Below are positions 22,165 through 32,696 of a stretch of 64,000 nt of DNA, piece after piece. Under the pieces are notes generated by a model, which saw only the letters and a list, made by a program, of their open reading frames with translations, was not told the origin of the DNA and made no database searches. A program made the position numbers and the translations under genes. How positions within the stretch are numbered: the first letter of the stretch is position 1; each line of letters opens with the position of its first letter. The DNA comes from an uncultured Erysipelotrichaceae bacterium (lineage in GTDB: Bacteria; Bacillota_I; Bacilli_A; RF39; UBA660). The DNA is taken from assembly GCA_902801525.1 (NCBI GenBank), contig CADCIN010000002.1:12323-76322 (forward strand), in the 5' to 3' direction.

Positions 22165-22731
22165 ATGTATGATTATGAAACAAAATTAATAAACCTATTA
22201 GCTTGTAATGATAATATTTTCACACCAAAAGAGGAACAGATAATAAAGTTTAAAAATGCTTTAAACAAAGCAGCTGAATTTTATAAAACGTTAGATTCAT
22301 CTAATAGATATAATGAAGTAAATAATTTTGAAAATACAAGGGAAAGTATAATTGACCATAAAGCAAAAATATCATGGACAAAGAATAACATAGGAACAAA
22401 CTTTGAAAAGGAAGTTAACAGATTAATATTTGAAACCAAATATAATGATCAAAAATTTGATATAAAAAGACTACAACAAAGAGCGTGCAATATCTATGTT
22501 GATATAATAACTAATGATTTTTATAGAGATAAATATCTTGCCATGAGAAAAGATACTGAAGAAGCAATTGATTACGATAAATTAGATGTGTTAAAAGATG
22601 AAAATGAGGTAATTATAATTAATTGTAATTATGAAACAAAATTTGAAATAATGGAAATTGATGAAGAATTTTCAAAACAAAAAGTATATATAAAGGGTGG
22701 ACATTGTGAAGAAGGAAAAAACATTAAATAA
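22165..22731 (+). CDS. hypothetical protein
   Basis: 188-aa ORF with a GAGGAAAG RBS upstream. No motifs recognised. Confidence 0.45.
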   Translation: MYDYETKLINLLACNDNIFTPKEEQIIKFKNALNKAAEFYKTLDSSNRYNEVNNFENTRESIIDHKAKISWTKNNIGTNFEKEVNRLIFETKYNDQKFDIKRLQQRACNIYVDIITNDFYRDKYLAMRKDTEEAIDYDKLDVLKDENEVIIINCNYETKFEIMEIDEEFSKQKVYIKGGHCEEGKNIK

Positions 22732-23275
22732 ACATCAAAAGAATATTAATAAGAAAAAAGCTGAAATAGCAGAAATAGATAAATCGATTGATAACAAAAA
22801 AGACAATATAATTATATATAAAATAGTATTTGGACTATTGCTATTACTAGTAATTATATTATCAGTACTCGCATATAAAACATCTAAAGAAAATCCAAAG
22901 ACTAATTATACAGTACCAATAGCCAAAGGAAATAATGAAGTAACACTTGAAGTAGATACAACAAGTTTAAAGAAAAATAATAAAAAAGAATACACATTTT
23001 CTATAGTAAATTATAATAATAAAAATCAAATAGATGGTAATAATACAAAATATATTATTGAAATAATACCATCATCAAATATAGAAACATCTAACAAGTT
23101 AACTAAATTGGATAGTACCAAAAATTTATTAATAAATAATAAAACAAACTATAGAAAATTTAAAAATAGTAGTAAAAAATCAAAAGATAATTATAAACTT
23201 ACTATAAAGATGAAAAATAAAAAAGATAAAAAAAATAGTTATGTAACAATATATGTTAAAGGAATAGTCAAATAA
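22697..23275 (+). CDS. hypothetical membrane-anchored protein
   Basis: 192-aa ORF with TM segment IIIYKIVFGLLLLLVIILSVLAY. Followed by a terminator. Confidence 0.45.
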   Translation: MDIVKKEKTLNKHQKNINKKKAEIAEIDKSIDNKKDNIIIYKIVFGLLLLLVIILSVLAYKTSKENPKTNYTVPIAKGNNEVTLEVDTTSLKKNNKKEYTFSIVNYNNKNQIDGNNTKYIIEIIPSSNIETSNKLTKLDSTKNLLINNKTNYRKFKNSSKKSKDNYKLTIKMKNKKDKKNSYVTIYVKGIVK

Positions 23276-23298
23276 AAAAGACAAAATTGTCTTTTTTT
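23275..23298 (+). terminator. intrinsic terminator
   Basis: AAAAAGACA / TGTCTTTTT stem, loop AAAT, then a T-run. Confidence 0.6.
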
Positions 23299-23353
23299 AT
23301 TGTCATAAAATTACAAAAATGATATACTATAGAACACCTAGATGGAGGAGTAT

Positions 23354-24730
23354 ATGAAAATTTCAGAAGATGAAGATTGTAATTTAAAAAAGAAAAATAT
23401 AAAAAATCTAATAATAAATAAAAATACAGTTAGATTATTACTTGGATCATCAATAATGGTTTCAACAATTACACTTTGTAAAGATTATAAAAATTATAAA
23501 CCAGAAAAATTATCAACAGGAATAACTTCGTCATTAATAAAACAAAATAATTATAATTATGAAAAAATAGTAAAAATAGATTCTGAAAAACAAGTAAATC
23601 TAATGTATAACAAAAAAAACTTCTCGAAAATAAAAGAATTAAATATTACAGTCTGTGACACAAATATAGAAGATTTAAAAAAGTTTCCTAATTTAGAAAA
23701 ACTAACACTAAAAGATGTTGAATTATTAACTGATAATGATAAAAAAACAATAAATAGTTTAGAAAACTTAAAGATAATTGATTTATGTTTAAATGGACAT
23801 AATTTTAATGAAAATATAGATATTTCATGGATAAGCAACAAGAAAATTGAAATAACTAAAGAATATAATATTACTAATGATTTAAGTGATTTAATAGCAT
23901 TTCATAAATCAAAAGAGTTAATTGAAGAAAATCCTAATTTAACAGTTAAATATTTTTCACCAGATAGATTGAATGAATTAATTAACTGGGATCAAAAAAT
24001 TGATAATTTAGTTAAATCATTTGAATTTTATGAACATACTACTGATGAGAAAAAACTAGTCGTATTAACTAATTATGCAACAGATTCAGTAGAATATGAT
24101 CCAGACATAATTGACGCACCACAAGCAAAAGCAGACCAGCAATATGATCGAATATTTTATTTAAACAACAATTTACTAAAAGATTACTTTGATGGTAAAG
24201 AATATGGAATATGTTGTAATTATGGAGCATTATTAAAAATATTAAGTGTCTATTCAGAATTAGATTTAGACTACATAGAAGGAGTCTATGGAATTACACC
24301 AGAAAATTCACAAGGACATGTATGGTGCAAATATAAAGATAATATAGTTGATCCTACACAATTAGATTATTCAATTGCATATAATAATACAAAAGCAAAA
24401 TATAATAGTATAGATAAATCTAATGATTTTATACTTAATACTGTTCAGCAAGATGAAATATCAATAATAGAAATATTACCATCAGATTTAGCATATACAA
24501 ATTATACAGAAGATGCTGTATATAAAGCACATAAAAATATAGAATATGAAAATGAATATGCTAATTATTATAATACTATTGTAGATAATGATATTAAAAA
24601 ACATGAATTATTAATATTAGCTAGTTTATTACTATTGAAAACAACATTTACTAAAAAGAAAGAAAGAAAACTAGGTAAAAAAGTTATAAAAAATAAAACC
24701 AAGAAATTAGAATACAATATAAATATATAA
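23354..24730 (+). CDS. transglutaminase-like (Cys-His-Asp) domain protein with LRR-like N-terminal region and C-terminal TM anchor
   Basis: A GGAGG RBS precedes the ATG at 23354. GICCNYGALL (Cys), QGHVWCKY (His) and IVDPTQ (Asp) occur in the order typical of transglutaminase-core proteins. LRR-like LKKFPNLEKLTLKDVELL. Confidence 0.5.
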   Translation: MKISEDEDCNLKKKNIKNLIINKNTVRLLLGSSIMVSTITLCKDYKNYKPEKLSTGITSSLIKQNNYNYEKIVKIDSEKQVNLMYNKKNFSKIKELNITVCDTNIEDLKKFPNLEKLTLKDVELLTDNDKKTINSLENLKIIDLCLNGHNFNENIDISWISNKKIEITKEYNITNDLSDLIAFHKSKELIEENPNLTVKYFSPDRLNELINWDQKIDNLVKSFEFYEHTTDEKKLVVLTNYATDSVEYDPDIIDAPQAKADQQYDRIFYLNNNLLKDYFDGKEYGICCNYGALLKILSVYSELDLDYIEGVYGITPENSQGHVWCKYKDNIVDPTQLDYSIAYNNTKAKYNSIDKSNDFILNTVQQDEISIIEILPSDLAYTNYTEDAVYKAHKNIEYENEYANYYNTIVDNDIKKHELLILASLLLLKTTFTKKKERKLGKKVIKNKTKKLEYNINI

Positions 24731-24751
24731 AATTATTTAAAGAGGTAAATA

Positions 24752-25570
24752 ATGAAAAATAAATATTATAAAATTAATATATGTAATAAATACTTATCAA
24801 AAGATATATCATATATTCTTTTAAGAAAAAATAATAAATTTGGAAGAACATATATATATGCAACAGAAGTAGAAGAAGGAAAAATGAAAGATTTTTTATC
24901 AAACACATTTTATGAAAAATATAATGGTCAAGATGATGATAAATTGTATTATAATGAAAAGTCAGAAGTAGAAGATGAAGAAGTAAAAAGAAAAAAAGAG
25001 ATAATTGAATTAAATGGCTTTAAAAGGACTTATAAAAATGAAATAATAAATATTAGTAAAAATATAAAAGAAGAACATATTAAATATGACGAAAATCAAA
25101 AGAAAAATGATGAGATAAAAAGAGAAATAAATCAAACAATAAAGAATTTATTAAAAAACACTTCATATGATAAACCAGAAAATTATAAAATATATAATTT
25201 GTTTTTATCTAATTCTGAAAGTATAATAGGAATGCAAATACCTGTCCTAGCTATAAAAATATCAGAAGATAAAATGCTAGAACTTTATACAAAGAAAACA
25301 ATTGAATATGAAGATAATAGCGAAAGTAATTTAACATATTCTGATTACGTTGAGTTAAAAACAAATGAATTATATGCATACACAAAATATATAAATAACA
25401 ATTATGAAAAATATATTAAAAATATTAATAATTCTGAACAAATGAATATAATGGAAAAGAAAAAACAAGAATCAGAAAGAGAAGTTGACTTAGTATTTAA
25501 TGAAATAATGTCAACACAAAAATTAAAGAAAAAATCTTTTTTAAAAAGTATAGTAGATAGTTTAAAATAA
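24752..25570 (+). CDS. hypothetical protein
   Basis: 272-aa Lys/Glu-rich ORF with an AGAGG RBS. Confidence 0.4.
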   Translation: MKNKYYKINICNKYLSKDISYILLRKNNKFGRTYIYATEVEEGKMKDFLSNTFYEKYNGQDDDKLYYNEKSEVEDEEVKRKKEIIELNGFKRTYKNEIINISKNIKEEHIKYDENQKKNDEIKREINQTIKNLLKNTSYDKPENYKIYNLFLSNSESIIGMQIPVLAIKISEDKMLELYTKKTIEYEDNSESNLTYSDYVELKTNELYAYTKYINNNYEKYIKNINNSEQMNIMEKKKQESEREVDLVFNEIMSTQKLKKKSFLKSIVDSLK

Positions 25571-25612
25571 TATCTACTTTTATTTTATGATATAATAAAG
25601 ATAGGTGATATT

Positions 25613-26821
25613 ATGAAAAAAGTAATTATTGTAGGAGCAGGTCCATCAGGATTAACTGCGGCAATTAAATTATCTAAAAAATATGAAGTAATAGTTTTAG
25701 AAAGAAATGATAAAATAGGTAAAAAATTATTATTAACTGGTTCTGGGCATTGTAATTATTATAATAGTGATCAAGATATAAAGCATTATCATAGTAATAA
25801 TCCTGATTTAATAAAAGAATTGGTTAACGAAAATAACTTAAATAAAGTAAATACCTTTTTTAATAAAATAGGTTTAGTACCTAAGATAAAAAATGGATAT
25901 TATTATCCAATGTCTAATCAAGCTACATCAGTTAACAATGCACTTATTTCAGAATGTTTAAATAGAAGTGTTAAAATACTAACAAATGAATTTGTAAAAA
26001 GTATTAGAAAAAATGAAAATACTTTTGAAGTAGAAACATCAAATAATAAATATACATGTGATAAATTAGTATTATCAACTGGATCATGTGCTTATCCAAA
26101 AACAGGTTCAGATGGAAATGGATATGATTTATTAAGAAGTTTTAATATCCCAGTTACAAATATTTATCCATCACTTGTTCAAATAAATTGTAAAAAGGAT
26201 AAATTTAATTATAAAGATTGGGATAAAGTAAGATGTGATGCTTCAGTAAAACTAATTGAGAATAATATAGAAATAAAAAAAGAAGTTGGACAAATACAAC
26301 TAACTGATTATGGATTAAGTGGAATATGTATAATGCAACTAAGTGGTTTAATAAATAAAGGAATAAATAATAATAAAAAAGAACAAGTAGAAATTAATTT
26401 TTTGCCAGAAATTAATGATTTAAAACAATATTTAATAAATAGAAGTAATATATTAAAAAATAGAGAATTAGAAGATTTGTTAGATGGACTATTAAACTAT
26501 AAATTAGTTAATCTAATATTAAAAACACTTAAAATATCACATAAGAAATGGAATGAATTAACGAATAAAGAAATAGATGATTTAGTAAACTTTATTTCAA
26601 AGTTAAAATTAGAGGTTACAAGTACTAAGTCATTTGATAATTCACAAACAGTTACTGGTGGAGTACCTCTAACTGAAATTAATTTAGATACATTAGAAAC
26701 AAACAAAGTAAAAGGTTTATATTTAACTGGTGAATTAATTGATATAGATGGAGACTGTGGTGGATATAATTTAACTCTTTCATGGCTTACAGGTCTAGTA
26801 GTAGGTGGACAAAATGATTAG
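25613..26821 (+). CDS. HI0933/YhiN-family NAD(FAD)-utilising flavoprotein
   Basis: N-terminal dinucleotide fold VIIVGAGPSGLTAAIKL. The 402-aa length and the C-terminal GELIDIDGDCGGYNL motif are typical of this family. Confidence 0.65.
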   Translation: MKKVIIVGAGPSGLTAAIKLSKKYEVIVLERNDKIGKKLLLTGSGHCNYYNSDQDIKHYHSNNPDLIKELVNENNLNKVNTFFNKIGLVPKIKNGYYYPMSNQATSVNNALISECLNRSVKILTNEFVKSIRKNENTFEVETSNNKYTCDKLVLSTGSCAYPKTGSDGNGYDLLRSFNIPVTNIYPSLVQINCKKDKFNYKDWDKVRCDASVKLIENNIEIKKEVGQIQLTDYGLSGICIMQLSGLINKGINNNKKEQVEINFLPEINDLKQYLINRSNILKNRELEDLLDGLLNYKLVNLILKTLKISHKKWNELTNKEIDDLVNFISKLKLEVTSTKSFDNSQTVTGGVPLTEINLDTLETNKVKGLYLTGELIDIDGDCGGYNLTLSWLTGLVVGGQND

Positions 26822-28391
26822 AATAAGACAAATACAAATTGAAGTTCAAAATGACACTAAAGAATATTTAATAAAAAAAATAAAAAGTAAATTAAATAAT
26901 AATATAGAATTTAAAAAATTAGAAATAGTAAAAAAATCAATTGATGCTAGAAAAAAGCCAAATGTATATTATGTTTATGAAGTAGATATAGAAGTAGATA
27001 ATGAAGAAAAACTAATGAAAAACATAAAATCAAAAGATATAGACATAGTAATAAAGAAAGAGTATGAGTTTAATAAAACAGGAACAATTACATTAAAAAA
27101 AAGACCAGTAATAGTAGGATCAGGACCTGCAGGTCTATACTGCGCATATTTACTATCTGAAAATGGATATAAACCACTTGTAATCGAAAGAGGAGAAGAA
27201 GTAGATAAGAGAGTAGAAAAAGTAGAAGAATTCTTTAATAATAATAATTTAGATATAAATACTAATATTCAATTTGGAGAAGGTGGAGCAGGTACATTCT
27301 CTGATGGAAAGTTAAATACATTAGTAAAAGATAAAGAAAAAAGAGGAAGAAAAGTATTAGAAGTATTTGTAGAAAATGGAGCACCTAAAGAAATATTATA
27401 TGAATATAAACCACATATTGGAACTGATATCTTAAGAAATGTAGTTAAAAATATGAGAAATAAAATTATATCTAATGGAGGAGAATTTAGATTCAATACT
27501 ACACTAACAAATATAAATTATAAAAGTAACAAGTTAATAAACATAGAAGTAAATAATAATGAAATAATAGATACAGAAGTATTAGTACTCGCAATTGGTC
27601 ATAGTGCAAGAGATACTTTTAAAATGATTTACGATAAGAAAATAGAAATGACAACTAAACCATTCGCAGTTGGAATAAGAATAGAGCATCCGCAAAAAAT
27701 GATTAATAAAAGTCAGTATGGAAACAAAGTAAAAATGCCTCCTGCAAGTTATAAATTAACATATCAAGCAAAAGATAAAAGAGGTGTATATACATTTTGT
27801 ATGTGTCCTGGAGGTTATATTGTAAATGCATCATCTGAAGAAGGATTACTTGCTATAAACGGAATGAGTAATCATCAAAGAGAAAGTTCATCAGCCGCAT
27901 CCGCAGTAATAGTAACAATAAATGAAAAAGATTTTGGTACACACCCATTAGATGGAATAGAGTTTCAAAGAAAATTAGAAAGAAAAGCGTTTAAAGAAGG
28001 TAAAAGTAAAATTCCAGTTCAGTTATATAAAGATTTTAAAGAAAACAAATTATCTTCAGAATTAAAAGATGTTAAATTAGAAATTAAAGGATCATATAAC
28101 TATGGAAATATTAATAATATTTTACCAAGAAAAATATGTAATGATTTAATAGAAGGAATTGAATATTTTGGTACTAAAATAAAAGGATTTAATAGAGAAG
28201 ATGCAGTACTTGCTGCAGTTGAATCACGTACATCATCCCCTGTAAGAATTATTAGAAATGATAAATTACAAAGTAATATAGAAGGAATTTATCCTGCAGG
28301 AGAAGGTGCTGGATATGCAGGAGGAATAACATCGGCAGCTATAGATGGAATAAAAATAGCTGAAGAAATTGCAAAAATTTACATAGTTTGA
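26814..28391 (+). CDS. FAD-dependent dehydrogenase (COG2509-like)
   Basis: VIVGSGPAGLYCAYLL...ERGE dinucleotide motif and C-terminal YPAGEGAGYAGGI. Ends with TGA. Confidence 0.6.
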   Translation: MIRIRQIQIEVQNDTKEYLIKKIKSKLNNNIEFKKLEIVKKSIDARKKPNVYYVYEVDIEVDNEEKLMKNIKSKDIDIVIKKEYEFNKTGTITLKKRPVIVGSGPAGLYCAYLLSENGYKPLVIERGEEVDKRVEKVEEFFNNNNLDINTNIQFGEGGAGTFSDGKLNTLVKDKEKRGRKVLEVFVENGAPKEILYEYKPHIGTDILRNVVKNMRNKIISNGGEFRFNTTLTNINYKSNKLINIEVNNNEIIDTEVLVLAIGHSARDTFKMIYDKKIEMTTKPFAVGIRIEHPQKMINKSQYGNKVKMPPASYKLTYQAKDKRGVYTFCMCPGGYIVNASSEEGLLAINGMSNHQRESSSAASAVIVTINEKDFGTHPLDGIEFQRKLERKAFKEGKSKIPVQLYKDFKENKLSSELKDVKLEIKGSYNYGNINNILPRKICNDLIEGIEYFGTKIKGFNREDAVLAAVESRTSSPVRIIRNDKLQSNIEGIYPAGEGAGYAGGITSAAIDGIKIAEEIAKIYIV

Positions 28392-28392
28392 C

Positions 28393-28419
28393 AAAAAAGT
28401 ATAATTATATACTTTTTTT
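28393..28419 (+). terminator. intrinsic terminator
   Basis: AAAAAAGTATA / TATACTTTTTT stem, loop ATTA. Confidence 0.55.
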
Positions 28420-28465
28420 ATTTTAGTAATTTGTTATAATATTGCTATAATAGGAGGAAAATAAA

Positions 28466-29725
28466 GTGAAAAAATGTTTAAAAATAACATTATTTTTAAT
28501 GTTACTAACCTTATTTTCAACTAAGAACGTTTACGCAACAACGTACAAAATGTCTGAATTTACTCAAGATGATGTTGATAAGACAATATTAAAACCAGGA
28601 GATATAATAAAAAATGATTTAGATAAAGTGGTTTATAACTATTTTACTTCTGCTAATTTTTCTAATTTTTCTGAATTTAAGATTAATCCAAATGAAGCAT
28701 ATGAAATAGGTAATTATTATAGTATTTTGTATTACGATGGAACTAGACATGGCATATTTAATGAAAATAATGAAGTTCTTTCAGGATAGCAAGTCTCTAT
28801 AGTAGATAATTACTTTGATTCACAAGAAAATGTCATATATGGTATTGAATTGAAATGTTACTATGAACCAAATAAAATCATAAAAGAGCCAAATTCAAAT
28901 GATCTAACATTTAATGTAACAAATGAATCATTAGTTGAAAGATATGAGTGGTGTGAAATAAGTAAAAAATTAGATATTGTTCGCAATTCCAATTATTTAG
29001 ATACTAAAGATGAAAAAAAATTTATTACTGGATATGAAAATTTAGAAGATGAAGCCAACACTGGTTGGGTTAAATTATCAGATAACAAATATCAAAAACA
29101 AACTCCAGGAAAATCAACCATTTCATTTAATATAAAAAAAACAGACAATGACAAATTTATAAAAGTTAAAATGGCAGATGAAGTATATATGAATTCGGTT
29201 GGTCAATTATATATTATAGATGAAAATGGATTAGAAGTTTTTCAAAATGAAATTGGAATTTCTTATGAACGAAGAGAAAATGATGATAATTTACGAGAAT
29301 ATTCTGCAATAGACATTTCAATGCTAGAAAATAAAGAATACACAGTAATAATTACTTCAAATATAGTTGGGATACAATCAGATAACAAATATTTAACTAT
29401 TAATCTTGGAAACATGACACCATATATTCCAACAATTAAAAAGTTAGATGGAGAAACTTCAAAAATATTAAAAAATCCCAAAGAAGGAAAAGAATATTTC
29501 GCAGTTGCAATATATAAATCAGGTGAAAAATTACAGAGTTCAAATTTAGAATATAAAAAAGTAACTGTTCCGCAAAAACTTGAAAACAAAGTTGAAGAAA
29601 AAATAAATGATATAGTAGAAAATCCATTAACTGTAGATAATATAATGATTTATTTAATAATATCTATTATAAATATTTCTATAATAACTTATTTAGCTTA
29701 TAAAATAAGACATGCAGAAAATTAA
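28466..29725 (+). pseudogene. secreted, C-terminally TM-anchored protein interrupted by a single in-frame TAG (28787-28789)
   Basis: ORFs 28466-28789 (which has the signal peptide) and 28850-29725 (which has the C-terminal TM segment) share a frame. There are no other stops between 28790 and 28849. Confidence 0.65.
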
Positions 29726-29726
29726 T

Positions 29727-29752
29727 AAAAAAGCATTTTAACATGCTTTTTT
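29727..29752 (+). terminator. intrinsic terminator
   Basis: AAAAAAGCAT / ATGCTTTTTT stem, 6-nt loop. Confidence 0.6.
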
Positions 29753-29830
29753 ATTTAAAAAAATATATAATTTGTTATAATATATATTATAGGAGGATTA
29801 GAAGTAAAAAAAACAAGGAATTCAAATCCA

Positions 29831-31015
29831 GTGAGTAGTGTGATTACTGGTATATTATTTATAATTATTGGTACAATTTTATTGGCATGGAATGAAAAGA
29901 ATAATGTAAATAATATTAAAACAGTAGCTGAAATTGAAAAAACAGCTATAGAAATAAAAAGTGACACAATAAATAGTTCTAATGAAGGCAAATTGATTGT
30001 TACAAATAGTAAAGTAAATGTTAATGATGAAATAGTAGTTGATAAAGAATTTAATATTGGTGATAAGACTATTAAATTATCACGATATGTAGAAGTATAT
30101 CAATGGGAAGAAGAAGAACATGATGGAAAATATACTTATGAAAAAAAATGGAGTGAAGACTTAATAAATTCCGAAAATTTTGATGATACAACTAAAGTAA
30201 ATCCAACGATTAAACCATATGAAAGTCTATCATTTACAGCAGATAGCGTAAATCTAGGTGTATTTGAACTAAGTGATGAACAAAAAGACAATTCAAAAAC
30301 TGATCAAGCATTATCATTATCTGGAAGTGAATACTTACCATCTGGATATCATGAACAGGATAATTATATAACTAATTCAGGTGATGAACCACAAATTAGA
30401 GATGTAAGAATTTCGTTCTATGTTAATGATTGGAGTAATGCAAGTGTACTAGCTGTTCAAACAGGTAATTCATTTACTTCATTTGTAAGCAAAGTAGGTA
30501 AAACAGTTAATCGTATAGAAGGTGGAATCAAAACTAAAGCAGAAATAATTAATCATATAAAGCATGAAAATAAAATTACAAAATGGCTTTTAAGATTACT
30601 TGGAAATTTGGCAAGTGGAGCAGTAAAATCAGTGGCATTCTTAATGGGATTAATTCATTCATTAATAATAATTATAATTTCATGGTTTGTAGTTAGACCA
30701 ATATTAAGTATTTGCTTAACAATATTAACTGTAGTTCTAGTAATTATTTTAATAAATGTATTACACAAAAATAAAAAGTCAGAAATGATGAATCAAGTAA
30801 CTGTACAGCCAAATAATAATCAAGTAACTAATGAACAAGCACAAAATAGTTCAAACATAATAAATAATAATGAGTCAATTGAACCATCTAATAATACAGT
30901 GCAAGAAATCAATATGACTAGTATAAGTCAAAATGAAAGCAGTATAGAACAAACTGCAAATAATCAGATTAATACAACAACAGATAATAAAAATGATAAC
31001 AATCAAGTATTTTAG
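29831..31015 (+). CDS. membrane protein, possibly TMEM43/DUF1625-like, with Asn/Gln-rich tail
   Basis: N-terminal TM segment, YVEVYQWEEEEHDGKYTYEKKWS segment, C-terminal TM segments. The family assignment is from memory and is weak. Confidence 0.45.
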   Translation: MSSVITGILFIIIGTILLAWNEKNNVNNIKTVAEIEKTAIEIKSDTINSSNEGKLIVTNSKVNVNDEIVVDKEFNIGDKTIKLSRYVEVYQWEEEEHDGKYTYEKKWSEDLINSENFDDTTKVNPTIKPYESLSFTADSVNLGVFELSDEQKDNSKTDQALSLSGSEYLPSGYHEQDNYITNSGDEPQIRDVRISFYVNDWSNASVLAVQTGNSFTSFVSKVGKTVNRIEGGIKTKAEIINHIKHENKITKWLLRLLGNLASGAVKSVAFLMGLIHSLIIIIISWFVVRPILSICLTILTVVLVIILINVLHKNKKSEMMNQVTVQPNNNQVTNEQAQNSSNIINNNESIEPSNNTVQEINMTSISQNESSIEQTANNQINTTTDNKNDNNQVF

Positions 31016-31079
31016 AAAAACACTAATTTAATTATTGAAGTTGTCAACAAAAAGTAGACACAAAAAAACATTAATTTAA

Positions 31080-31560
31080 AACCTAGTTGGGTTCTATACT
31101 CAACTGGGTTTTTATATTGTAAAGCATAACTTGTACGATAATTATTATTATCTCAAACTGTATCTAAATAAAAAGTCCAATCATATTTATTCTTTTTAAA
31201 CCAAAATGTAGTTGTATATGAAACTACTTTCTCAACTGGCCTTTTTGTATTCCAATTACCATTAATTATATTTTCATACTTAATAGATTCTTCAACAGGC
31301 CTTCTATATTTCTTTTTTACAATTTATTTCGTAATTATTTAAAATATTTTTTTTTAGAATATCAGATTTTCTTTTGTGTTTAAACAATTCATCCCATTAT
31401 GTTTATATTAAATTACAAAATTTCCAACCATGCCTGGTGCAAGCTTATGTTCTCTAGCAATTTCATTTATACTTTTTCTAATTTTAATGCTGGTTCTATA
31501 ATTTTATATTTTTTATCAACTGATCAATGTTTGAATTTTTGACCTTTTTTAGCCATATTA
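31080..31560 (-). mobile_element. heavily decayed IS3-family transposase remnant
   Basis: Reverse-strand reading gives MAKKGQKFKH...SINEIAREHKLAPGMV (HTH) at the 5' side and ...YRTSYALQYKNPVEYRTQLGF (typical IS3 transposase C-terminus) at the 3' side. Multiple stops, frameshifts and large deletions lie in between. Confidence 0.55.
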
Positions 31561-31656
31561 TCATCTCCATAATAAAATTATACCAAAGAAAAAAGTGAGC
31601 ATCTTTGCTATGTTCACTTTTTTTACAACTTCAACTTAATATTATATCTTTTATAA

Positions 31657-32535
31657 TTAATTATTTAATTTCTTTTTTAAAATTAATGAACCAGATAAAA
31701 TAATAATTGAACCTAGAATAGCATATTGTTTAGTACTAAGACCTGTATCTTCAACTTTAACAATTTCTTTTTTCTGAATTTCTTCATTTTTCTCTGCTGG
31801 AATTAAATCAGTTAAATTCTTACTTGTATCAAATATAAGTTCTGCATCTAAAATAAGATTATTATTATCATTAATTTGGTATGAAACTTTAAAATATTTA
31901 CTTTCATCAGTTATAAATGTTTCTGATGAAAAATTAGATAATAAATATTCTTTAAGAGTAGGAGAATTACCATCATCACCAGAGCTTTCAGAACCTTCAG
32001 CAACCTAACCTTCAGCACTTGAACCTTCATTATTTTCAGATGTATTATTTTCTTTAGGCATATATTTAACATATAAATCAGAAGATGTTTGTCCATAATA
32101 ACCAGGGTATTTAATAACAAATTTATTAAAATAATCATTAGCATCATTTGCACTAATACCATTAATAATTGAATATAAATTAAAACAAATTAGTTGATCA
32201 TAATAATTATAGACATAAAGTTTATCATCAATATCTTTCATTTCATCATTATCATTAATCTTATTTTTGTAAGAAAATATAAATGAATTAGAGTCTTTGT
32301 CTAATTTATAAGATATTTCTTCATTAGGTCTTTCTTCATTACTTAAGTCTTTAAGTTTAAAAGTAAAGCTGTTATCTGATACTTTAGAATCAAGTATTTT
32401 CTTTTCTGGATTTCCTTCATTATAAATTTTAATTGCTTCTTCTAAACTTTCTTTGTTTACTTCTTTTGCATTTACCATACTTGGAAGTAAGATTATTCCA
32501 AGAATAAGTAAAAGTACTACTTTCTTAATTTTCAT
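31657..32535 (-). pseudogene. secreted protein with C-terminal sorting-like tail, interrupted by a single in-frame TAG (32005-32007, minus strand)
   Basis: ORF 32005-32535 has a signal peptide. The same frame continues to a TAA at 31657-31659 and ends ...VEDTGLSTKQYAILGSIIILSGSLILKKKLNN. Confidence 0.6.
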
Positions 32536-32696
32536 TTTCTTAACCTCTATAAAAAAAATATCATAATAATATTTTTTGGTAAATAAAGAAAATAAGGAAA
32601 TTTATTACTTTACACCACTAATTTACACCTAATTAGACATTTTCTGAATAATATAAATAATAAGTGATATAATACTTTTAATAAAGAGGTATTTTT

